Assembly (NCBI GenBank): GCA_043732185.1 | Contig: JAYTHY010000066.1 | Location: forward strand, 22,867-86,866 | Direction of reading: 5' to 3' | DNA length: 64,000 nucleotides | Origin: Fibrobacteria bacterium | Lineage (GTDB): Bacteria > Fibrobacterota > Fibrobacteria > UBA11236 | Part shown: positions 45,583 to 53,793 of the stretch, one piece after another | Position numbering within the stretch: the stretch's first letter is position 1 | Layout of the letters: every line of letters begins with the position of its first letter | Notes under the pieces: model-generated | The model's input: only the letters and a program-made list of their open reading frames with translations | Databases searched by the model: none | What the model was told of the DNA's origin: nothing | Program-made: the position numbers and the translations under genes

Positions 45583-48384
45583 ATGCGACTATTTAGGAAA
45601 ATGTGGACCTCCTCGAGTGTGCCCGCGGCCTTTTTTTTAAGCCTCATGCTCATGCAATGCGAACCAGGCAAATCGTTGAACCCGACTATAAAACCCGCGA
45701 GCGTGGATTCGTCCCGTACTCCAAAAATTGAGGTGGTTTCCACTCCTTTTAATGTTTTACCGACAGATACAGGATCGGTGCAAATTGCCGTTTCGGATTC
45801 TGCAACGGGACTTCCCCTCAAAAATGCAGCTATTTCCATCACAAGCACTCGATTTGCGATCCTATCCGCGGCGGGAAATTCTGCTTTGAAGCTGGATTCC
45901 GTACCGGATGACGGCAAAGTATCCTTCCGCATCTTTTCCTCTTCGCCTGGTGCAGGAACAGTTAGCGTCAAGGTTACCTCTGGATCCAAAATCAAAAGTC
46001 TAGCCATCAGCATTTTGGTCACGGAAAAGCCGGTAGCACCAAAGGTGATTGAGTCGTTACCCACAAAATTGGTAGCCAAGGAAACGACGTTGGTCATTTT
46101 CCAAATTTTGGATTCTGCCCAAGATAAGCCTTTATCCAATGCCGTTGTTACTTTAACAAGCACTCTCTTTTCCATTTTTGGGTCCGCGGCAAAGGACACG
46201 GTTGCCATTGATACTTCGGGACCGGACGGCAAAGTTTCTTTTAGAGTGCTTGCCTTGATTCCAGGCTCGGCCGGGACGCTTCAGGTAAAGGTTAAAACAG
46301 CCGCCGGACTTACCCGTCAGGTGACCTTTACATTGACGGTGGCGGAAGATACAGGTACGGACCGGCCAAGAAAAATGGTGTTCACTGCGGCTCGTTCAAC
46401 GCTTAGGGCGGATGGAACCGATTCCACTCAACTTAAAGCTTTAGTCAAGGATGATAATAACAATCCCCTTGCCGGGGAATTGATTACCTTCACTTCTACA
46501 GGCGGCCTAGTTAGAGGCGAAGCGAAATCGGATAATTGGGGAGAAGCCACTACCATTCTTAAATCTGAACGTGTGAACCGTTCCGTTATCGTAACGGCCA
46601 CGTTAGTGAAAACCGGAGCGACAGCCCAGCAGACTGTGGCTTTTGATGGCATCACCATTTCCGTGGCGCCTGCCAAGCGTATTCTCATGCGCGATAGCAT
46701 TAATTCAATCCTGTTCGAGCTGAAGGATGGCGGTAATGTGCCTATGTCGGGAGATTCCTTGGAAATTGTGGTAAAGGGTGCATATAAAGGTTTTGCCCAG
46801 TCCGGTGTTGAGTCTCTAATTGTTGTTACAGATACTCGCGGTCAATACAAAACCAATATTACCTGCCATGAAGCCAGGGATATTTTAATAACCGCGCGGG
46901 CATTAGGTGCCAAGAGTGTAGATACCGTAACCTACACCAACAATACTTTGTCATTAAGCGCTTCGAAGACAAGCATTTTTGGCGATGGTGTGGACAAAAG
47001 TACCATTACTGCCACTTTGAAGGATGGAGCGAATAACAATATTAACGGAGCGGAATTGCGTTGGACCACTACTTTTGGAACCTTCGCTACGTCACCCTTT
47101 TCGAATACCGTGGCCGGTTCTGGCTCTATCGTCCTTAAAAGCGTAAATGGTTCTGGCTTGGCGACCGTTAATGTGGAAGCCTACAGCAAGGATGCTTTTG
47201 GAAATCGAACTTTGCTGTCAAGTGGGAATATTACGATCCCCATTAAAGCATTAAAAGTGGCACGCCTGGATTTGAAAGTTACACCAGACAATATTCCAGT
47301 CAAGATTGGAGAGACCAAGTTAATTGTACAGGCATTCGACAGTTCAAATAACGTCATGACCGGTGTGCTCATCAGTTTCAGGCTTGTAAAGGGCGCTGGG
47401 GGTGGTGATGAGGTGATTACCCCGCCTGTGGACTACACCAAAGCTGGGCAAGGCGAGGCCACCTTTAAGGCAGGTGGTGTCATCAGTCTGTATCGTGGAG
47501 TTAAATTGGCGGCAGTGGCCTTGGATATTTCCGGCACGGATACGTTGGTGATTGCCTCTTCCGATACCGTGGGGTTGACCATTTCCGGCCCACCGCATAA
47601 AGTGAGCGTTGGCGTGAATATTCTAAAAGGGGTAAACCCCAATGATGGAACGTTTGCTCTGCCTGCCGCGGCGGTGGTGACGGACGTTAATGGAAATTTG
47701 GTATCCGATGGAACACCGGTGAATTTCAGTACCACCCCGGTATCCGCATGGTACTTTGGTTCAACTTATCACCTAATCGATGTATTCCCGTACTATTCCC
47801 TATATGGAGATACCACGTGGTATGAGCTGCCCTGGGGGGATTATAACAACAACAAAAAGCTGGATCCAGACGAAGTCCCAGCGGAAAGGTTTACATCACG
47901 TCCTGCCCGGGGTGAAGATATCGACGGCAATGGCGTGATCAACTTCCCGCCCGAATCCTATACGGATATAAATATGAATGGAAGGTGGGACGGATATGAT
48001 GCCGAACCATGGGTGCCTAACAGGTGGTTCGATTCGACGGCTAGGGAAAAACTTTATGTGGACTTTAATAAAAATGGGGTTCGGGATTCCGTGGAACCCT
48101 TCTTCGATGCCAACCACGATGGCAAATGTCAGTGTACAGGACAATTGGATGCAAATGGAAATCTCTATGAGGAAACGTATTTTGGAAGCAGTTCCGGCCA
48201 TCCCTTCCCGGGCGAAGTATCGGTTGGCGTTACGCGTCAGGTTACGACAGTGCTTGGCAAGGCAGTTACCCAAATTGTTTATGTTCAATCCATGGCGAGG
48301 CGTGTCTCGGTGAGACTCACAGCGGAAGCCAATGGAATACGCTCGTATGTTGATGTCTACCTCCCTATCATTGCAGGTAACTAA
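45583..48384 (+). CDS. Ig-like (Big_1/invasin-type) repeat lipoprotein with Ca-binding-like DxNxNG motifs; adhesin candidate
   Basis: Lipobox LMQC. Big_1 motifs ADGTDSTQLKALVKDDNNNP, GDGVDKSTITATLKD and TDVNGNLVSDGTPVNF. C-terminal D.N.NG..D..E repeats. ATG 45583 follows AAGGAG. Confidence 0.8.
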   Translation: MRLFRKMWTSSSVPAAFFLSLMLMQCEPGKSLNPTIKPASVDSSRTPKIEVVSTPFNVLPTDTGSVQIAVSDSATGLPLKNAAISITSTRFAILSAAGNSALKLDSVPDDGKVSFRIFSSSPGAGTVSVKVTSGSKIKSLAISILVTEKPVAPKVIESLPTKLVAKETTLVIFQILDSAQDKPLSNAVVTLTSTLFSIFGSAAKDTVAIDTSGPDGKVSFRVLALIPGSAGTLQVKVKTAAGLTRQVTFTLTVAEDTGTDRPRKMVFTAARSTLRADGTDSTQLKALVKDDNNNPLAGELITFTSTGGLVRGEAKSDNWGEATTILKSERVNRSVIVTATLVKTGATAQQTVAFDGITISVAPAKRILMRDSINSILFELKDGGNVPMSGDSLEIVVKGAYKGFAQSGVESLIVVTDTRGQYKTNITCHEARDILITARALGAKSVDTVTYTNNTLSLSASKTSIFGDGVDKSTITATLKDGANNNINGAELRWTTTFGTFATSPFSNTVAGSGSIVLKSVNGSGLATVNVEAYSKDAFGNRTLLSSGNITIPIKALKVARLDLKVTPDNIPVKIGETKLIVQAFDSSNNVMTGVLISFRLVKGAGGGDEVITPPVDYTKAGQGEATFKAGGVISLYRGVKLAAVALDISGTDTLVIASSDTVGLTISGPPHKVSVGVNILKGVNPNDGTFALPAAAVVTDVNGNLVSDGTPVNFSTTPVSAWYFGSTYHLIDVFPYYSLYGDTTWYELPWGDYNNNKKLDPDEVPAERFTSRPARGEDIDGNGVINFPPESYTDINMNGRWDGYDAEPWVPNRWFDSTAREKLYVDFNKNGVRDSVEPFFDANHDGKCQCTGQLDANGNLYEETYFGSSSGHPFPGEVSVGVTRQVTTVLGKAVTQIVYVQSMARRVSVRLTAEANGIRSYVDVYLPIIAGN

Positions 48385-48395
48385 TTGAGGAATTC

Positions 48396-49202
48396 ATGAA
48401 TTTACGCATAGTCGGCTTAACGTTGTTTTTATCCTCCTTGGGGTTTGGTTATCCACCTGGCAGTCCAATGTCAGAATTTGGACCGTCCCAAGTTTCCGTT
48501 GCCGCATTTTTTGATCATAGCGGTCAGGATCTTTTTGAGGAAGCCTACCCTTCACTTCTGAATACTACCGGTTTAAGTTTGGATTATGCGCCATGGCCAT
48601 ATATTCAGATGGGGATTTTTGGTGGAGGTGGGGAATTGGACGCCGTAGTGCCTGATAAATTGTTAAGCGATACAACGAGACATAATTACCTGACAGACTA
48701 TGGACTGTATGGTGGTGGCTCGGCGAAATTGGCGACGCCCCGGTTTTTATCAAATACCACGCGGTTTGTATCCTATGGATCGGCCGGTTATCTCAAAAGC
48801 TCCGATGCTTCAGGCAACATTAAAACACCGATCATTTACAATGGCGGTGTATCTATACAGTTCATGGTAATGGAAAAATTAAACTTTGTTGTAGGCGGAG
48901 AGTATTATGCCTGGGATGGAGAGCAAAAATCCGCTACGGGTCAAGTGTCAGAAAATTTAGGAATTTCCAAACCCGGGGGCGATACCGATTATCTCCGCGG
49001 TCTAGTTGGAGTGGAATACTTCTTTAAGGGGAAGAGCCGGCCCTTTATCAGTGTAGCCTTCCGTCCCAATGCCAAAATAGGCTGGAAGAACAACATGGGA
49101 TTGCAAAACGGTTCCATCTCCATTTCGCTGGGTGCCATGACAAATTTAGGAAAAACCAAAAACCAAACTGGCGAAGACGAACCCAGTTTAATCGACCAGT
49201 AA
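48396..49202 (+). CDS. Putative secreted/outer-membrane beta-strand-rich protein
   Basis: Signal peptide and amphipathic strands (YGLYGGGSAK, RGLVGVEYFF). Lies 11 nt after the Ig protein gene. Confidence 0.55.
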   Translation: MNLRIVGLTLFLSSLGFGYPPGSPMSEFGPSQVSVAAFFDHSGQDLFEEAYPSLLNTTGLSLDYAPWPYIQMGIFGGGGELDAVVPDKLLSDTTRHNYLTDYGLYGGGSAKLATPRFLSNTTRFVSYGSAGYLKSSDASGNIKTPIIYNGGVSIQFMVMEKLNFVVGGEYYAWDGEQKSATGQVSENLGISKPGGDTDYLRGLVGVEYFFKGKSRPFISVAFRPNAKIGWKNNMGLQNGSISISLGAMTNLGKTKNQTGEDEPSLIDQ

Positions 49203-49222
49203 AATTTTTTGGTCAACATTCT

Positions 49223-50323
49223 TTAATTGCTCAGAAGCCATTCTTCGACTACATCGAGGAATAGTTCGCCGTCCTGCTTTCCGTATTCTATCAATTCCTT
49301 GGCATACTCTCCGTCAAACAGAAGATAGCTGAGCAGTTCGGAGGAAATCCAGCCTCCAAATAAGTAGCGAAGGGTTTTTGGAAATCGTTTCCGGTACTTT
49401 CCGGCTATTTCACTAAAATTCAACATAGGGCCCACACGGCACAAATCGATAATGCGAACGTCACGGTCGGTTTCATTGATTTTTGTTGCCAGCAAATTGA
49501 TGCGATTCATGAATTGAGAATCGATATCAACCGAATCCAAGAACATAGAATCGAGCATGGTCGCTGCTATGCGGCCGAGGGTGGGTGCGACATTTGACTT
49601 TTGCTGATAAGAATTTCCCCGCAAACTGATATTGATGATGCGTTCCGCACCTAGGCGGATGGCAGCATTCAATGGAGTTAGATTTCTTAAGGAGCCATCG
49701 CCATAATAATGACCATCCATAACGACTGGAGAAAAAATCAGTGGGACTGCACAAGAGGCCATGATATGTTCCGTGGTCAGCGAGGTACGAACGCCGCGCA
49801 CAGTAGGTCGTTCCCAGGATGGACAAGCCTCGCGAGTTTGGAAAAAGGTGACGTTTTTCATGTCGGTATAATCAAAACAACTGATCGCTAGGGAATGGTC
49901 CGGGAGTGTACGGAGACGCTGTTGTACTTGGCCCATGTCGGTATTCTTACGCAAGTAGTCGTAAAGAGGTGCGGTGCTCAAAACTGCATTGATTAGGCTA
50001 GTATCATTCTGGTAGTTTTTTTGATGGCGCGAAGATCTAACGAGGCGAATCAAATTTTTGACGACGGCGCGAAAGTCGGATTCGAAAATTTGTTCTGGAA
50101 CCAAATTAGACCAGAGGTCAACGATCGCTTCCACACCCGTGGAGTAATTGGGCGCGGACTGCATGAGGCGCACGGCATTGATGGAACCGGCAGATACACC
50201 CACGATTATTTCAATATTGCCATTGCGTTGGAAGATATCCTTCCATGCCGAAAGAATGCCTGCTTGGTAGGCACCTCGGGCACCACCGCCACTCAGGATC
50301 AATGCAACTTTTTTCCGTGCCAT
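49223..50323 (-). CDS. Patatin-like phospholipase
   Basis: Motifs LSGGGARGAYQAG, GVSAG (nucleophile), MASCAVP and DGS. Confidence 0.9.
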   Translation of the reverse strand: MARKKVALILSGGGARGAYQAGILSAWKDIFQRNGNIEIIVGVSAGSINAVRLMQSAPNYSTGVEAIVDLWSNLVPEQIFESDFRAVVKNLIRLVRSSRHQKNYQNDTSLINAVLSTAPLYDYLRKNTDMGQVQQRLRTLPDHSLAISCFDYTDMKNVTFFQTREACPSWERPTVRGVRTSLTTEHIMASCAVPLIFSPVVMDGHYYGDGSLRNLTPLNAAIRLGAERIINISLRGNSYQQKSNVAPTLGRIAATMLDSMFLDSVDIDSQFMNRINLLATKINETDRDVRIIDLCRVGPMLNFSEIAGKYRKRFPKTLRYLFGGWISSELLSYLLFDGEYAKELIEYGKQDGELFLDVVEEWLLSN

Positions 50324-50343
50324 GTCCTGCTAGTCTCCGTCGT

Positions 50344-51735
50344 TCAGACTGCCCGGTAGACGAGTTCAGCCCTGTGCGCTTTTTCCAATTTTGTCAGCCA
50401 ATCTCGGATGAGCAGTGCGGCCAATTGACTCGCATGGATGCTGGCATATTCCCGATGGACGAGCATAATGGAAAAGGCCAATCCCTGCGAAGGCTCTGCT
50501 TTCAGCCTTACAAATCCTATGAACCAATCGAATCGGCCAGGAGTTTCCTCACCATCCAATGAACCCGTTTTGCCTCCTGCTTCAATCTTTTCCATTTGGT
50601 TGGCTTTGAGAATGGAATGAAAGCCTTTACGGGCTGTGCCCATGGTTACGGTAGCATGCATCAGCGCTTGCAACTTAGGCAGGTTTGCTTGCGAAAGAAA
50701 AACACTTCCTGATTCAAAATGGATGGGCATTTGCTGACCCGTTGCCAAGTTTTTGATGCTTGAAATAAATGAGCAGGCGCGCAGCTTACCATCGTCACCG
50801 GAACCACGCGCAATTTCCAAGGCATGCCACGGAGAAATAGTGGTTTTTTTGGTAAAGCCGCAGGCGACTTCAGCCAGTGAAAAGCCTGAATCTGGAAAGT
50901 CAATACGACTTTGGGCAACTCCAGCTGGTAGAATGCTTTGATTGAAGCCAAGGCGAACCGCCTGCGCCCTCAGTCGCTCTGGACCCATGGATAATCCCAT
51001 CAATCCAAAAGCTGGATTCACAGATTTGGCAAAAGCCATTTCAAGCGAGATTTTGTTTTGGCGACCAGGGCGATCGAGGTGAAGTTGGCTGCGATATAGG
51101 GTGTGGTATGAACCCCATTGTGGAATGCTGTCTGTTAAGTACTTGGAATCGCATTCTAATGCAGCGGTGGCGGTTAATATTTTAATTAAGGATGCGGCTG
51201 GAAAACCAGATCCAAAAGCCAATTTTGGTCTATCGGTAACACTCGTATCCTGACGTTCACCTAGGGCCAGGATACGACCCGATTTAAGATCGGAAATTAG
51301 GATAACTCCAGTTTCCGGCTGGTACCTTTCGAGGTACACTTTTACTCTGGCATTAAGCAGGGAGTCGGAGGAATACTGGGCCTCCATGGCTGTGCCTTTG
51401 AAACTAAAGGTATCCGCCGCGGGATAATTTCGCAAAGGTGCTTGCCATTCTAGGTCCAATCCGTTGGTGGCGGATGCAATCCGAGGCTCTGTAGTTGCTG
51501 GTGAAATTGGCTTAGTTTCCACGCTCTTTGTTACAGCTGACGCGAGGTTTGCCTTAAGCTTGGTTGAACTATGCTTAACAATTTTTTGAAATCCAAAAAC
51601 CACTACCGGCAATCCGATCAAGATGCTATACGCGATAATGCGCATGCGTCGCGAGGGTGTAACTACTGGGGAAAAACGGGAGGCTCTCCGGCCATCCCTT
51701 CCACTGAAATCATAGTCCTGAAATTTTATGGCCAA
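50344..51735 (-). CDS. Membrane-anchored penicillin-binding transpeptidase-domain protein
   Basis: TM helix, PAASLIK (SxxK), SVN (SxN) and GGKTGSL (KTG). No evident class B dimerisation or transglycosylase domain. Confidence 0.85.
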   Translation of the reverse strand: MAIKFQDYDFSGRDGRRASRFSPVVTPSRRMRIIAYSILIGLPVVVFGFQKIVKHSSTKLKANLASAVTKSVETKPISPATTEPRIASATNGLDLEWQAPLRNYPAADTFSFKGTAMEAQYSSDSLLNARVKVYLERYQPETGVILISDLKSGRILALGERQDTSVTDRPKLAFGSGFPAASLIKILTATAALECDSKYLTDSIPQWGSYHTLYRSQLHLDRPGRQNKISLEMAFAKSVNPAFGLMGLSMGPERLRAQAVRLGFNQSILPAGVAQSRIDFPDSGFSLAEVACGFTKKTTISPWHALEIARGSGDDGKLRACSFISSIKNLATGQQMPIHFESGSVFLSQANLPKLQALMHATVTMGTARKGFHSILKANQMEKIEAGGKTGSLDGEETPGRFDWFIGFVRLKAEPSQGLAFSIMLVHREYASIHASQLAALLIRDWLTKLEKAHRAELVYRAV

Positions 51736-51843
51736 GTCCTCACAAAAATGGATGCGCGGAAAACGATTTTTGCCCCAGGTAATCTACCTAATAGTTTAAG
51801 ATTTTTCGGAGCGGATAAATAGGACAAAATAATAGTCGAAAAT

Positions 51844-52386
51844 TTAAGAGCCTGTCCCTTGAAAGCAATTACGCCGGTAGAAGCGCAATTCTTCCACGGA
51901 CTCTCGGATATCTGCCAGGGCTTGGTGGGATTCCGCTTTTTTTAATGGTGGAAGTTTGGGATACCAACGGGCTGCCAACTCCTTTATGGAACTGACATCA
52001 ATGATCCGATAATGGAAAAAGCGGTTTAAATCCGCCATATATCGGTCGAGGAAACGGCGATCCTGCCACACGGAATTGCCGCACAATGGAGAGCGAGAGG
52101 CCTTACAATGGCTGGCGACAAAGGTCAGAGTTTTTTCTTCCGCAGTTCGCAAGGATTCGGTAGAGGCCCGTACACGGTCTATCAAGCCGGATTTTCCATG
52201 ATGGGTCTGGTTCCATTCATCCATGCCTTTGAGTATCTCCTCCGTTTGGAAAATAGCCAGGTTTGGTCCTTCGGCAATAATGTTCAATTCCGAATCGGTA
52301 ATCAATGTGGCAATTTCAAGGATCTGGTCTTTCTGGGGATCTAAGCCCGTCATTTCCAAATCAACCCAGACTAGATTACTGTCCAC
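51844..52386 (-). CDS. orn: Oligoribonuclease
   Basis: Motifs LVWVDLEMTGLDP, LCGNSV, HYRIIDVSSIKEL and HQALADIRES. Confidence 0.97.
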   Translation of the reverse strand: MDSNLVWVDLEMTGLDPQKDQILEIATLITDSELNIIAEGPNLAIFQTEEILKGMDEWNQTHHGKSGLIDRVRASTESLRTAEEKTLTFVASHCKASRSPLCGNSVWQDRRFLDRYMADLNRFFHYRIIDVSSIKELAARWYPKLPPLKKAESHQALADIRESVEELRFYRRNCFQGTGS

Positions 52387-52516
52387 TTTGCACCCCTTTT
52401 CTTATCTTTTCCGAATCTCGTTACGAGTCCGGTGCAATGCCAAAACATAGCAAGGCAGCGACGCTCGCGTCGCCGGAAGCCGGAATGAATCCGGATTCCT
52501 ACCGGTAAGGAAACAC

Positions 52517-53758
52517 ATGAATAAGAATCGAGAAGTCGTAATCACCGGAACCGGTATAGTAAGTCCGCTGGGAAATGATCCGGAAACGTACTTTGCCAAC
52601 CTGCTGGCGGGAAAATCGGGAATTTCCAATATCATTCGTTTTGATACCTCCGCTTACTCCGTTCATTTTGCCGGTGAGGTCAAAGACTTCGACGGTTCCG
52701 CCTACTTTGACGCCAAGGAATTGGGGCGTACCAGCAGGTTTATTCAATACCTCATGCATGCCTCTGTTTCGGCCGTAGAACGATCCGGTTTACATACTGC
52801 TAAATTCGATTTAACTCGGGCTGGCATCATTCTGGGTTCAGGTATGGGTGGCATCGAAATATTCACTGAAAATGCTGGACTCCTTACCACAAAAGGACCA
52901 AAACGCGTATCGCCCTTTTTTATTCCTATGTCCATTACCAATATGGGCGCGGGAATGGTGGGCATTCGCTTAGGTTGGCGTGGACCCAATTGGTCCGTGA
53001 CTTCCGCTTGCGCTTCAAGCAATCACGCAATAGCCACGGCCGCGGATCAGATCCGTTTGGGCAGAGCCGACGTGATGCTGGCCGGTGGCGGGGAAGAGGC
53101 TGTTTGCGCAGCGTCCGTGGCTGGATTCGCGAATATGCGGGCATTGTCGCGACGCAATGACGATCCTGCTACGGCGTCACGGCCCTTCGACATGGACAGG
53201 GATGGATTCGTTTTGGGTGAAGGGGCAGGCGTTTTGGTATTGGAAGCCCGTGAGCACGCTGAAGCGCGCGGGGCAAAAATCCTTGGGGTTCTAAAGGGAT
53301 ATGGATCCAGTTCTGATGCTCATCATATGTCCGCGCCATTGGAATCCGGCGAAGGTGTGTGTCAAGCAATCAAAATGGCTTTGGCGGAATCGGGCGTGCC
53401 ATTGACCGAAATTGGAGTAGTGAATGGACATGCCACTTCTACACCGCTCGGCGATGTAGCGGAGGTAAAAGCTTTGGGCATGGTTTTCGGCAATCATTTG
53501 AAGTCGATGAAAGTGCATTCCACCAAGTCCATGATTGGGCATTTGCTGGGCGGTGCGTCTGCTGTCGAGGCAATAGCATTGCTCATGACATTAAATTCCG
53601 GTAAGGTGCATCCCACCATGAATGTGATAAACCAAGATCCGGAAATTGACATTGACTGTTCGCCGAATCAGATGTCTACGACGACGGCGGAGTTTGGGAT
53701 TAGCAATAGTTTCGGGTTCGGGGGACACAACTCTTGTATTGTCCTGGGCAGGGGTTAG
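52517..53758 (+). CDS. fabF: Beta-ketoacyl-ACP synthase II
   Basis: Motifs SACASS, RPFDMDRDGFVLGEG, GHATST, KSMIGH and SNSFGFGGHN. Confidence 0.96.
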   Translation: MNKNREVVITGTGIVSPLGNDPETYFANLLAGKSGISNIIRFDTSAYSVHFAGEVKDFDGSAYFDAKELGRTSRFIQYLMHASVSAVERSGLHTAKFDLTRAGIILGSGMGGIEIFTENAGLLTTKGPKRVSPFFIPMSITNMGAGMVGIRLGWRGPNWSVTSACASSNHAIATAADQIRLGRADVMLAGGGEEAVCAASVAGFANMRALSRRNDDPATASRPFDMDRDGFVLGEGAGVLVLEAREHAEARGAKILGVLKGYGSSSDAHHMSAPLESGEGVCQAIKMALAESGVPLTEIGVVNGHATSTPLGDVAEVKALGMVFGNHLKSMKVHSTKSMIGHLLGGASAVEAIALLMTLNSGKVHPTMNVINQDPEIDIDCSPNQMSTTTAEFGISNSFGFGGHNSCIVLGRG

Positions 53759-53793
53759 AACCTTTCTCCTAATTGGCAGGTGATTTTAACCAT

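Noticed and set aside
49223..50323. Patatin as a CBASS or other defence effector
   Set aside because: No CD-NTase or other defence genes are adjacent, and the context is housekeeping.
52487..52498. 12-bp palindrome GAATCCGGATTC upstream of fabF
   Set aside because: It could be an operator, but a single short palindrome is expected by chance in 64 kb and no regulator is nearby.
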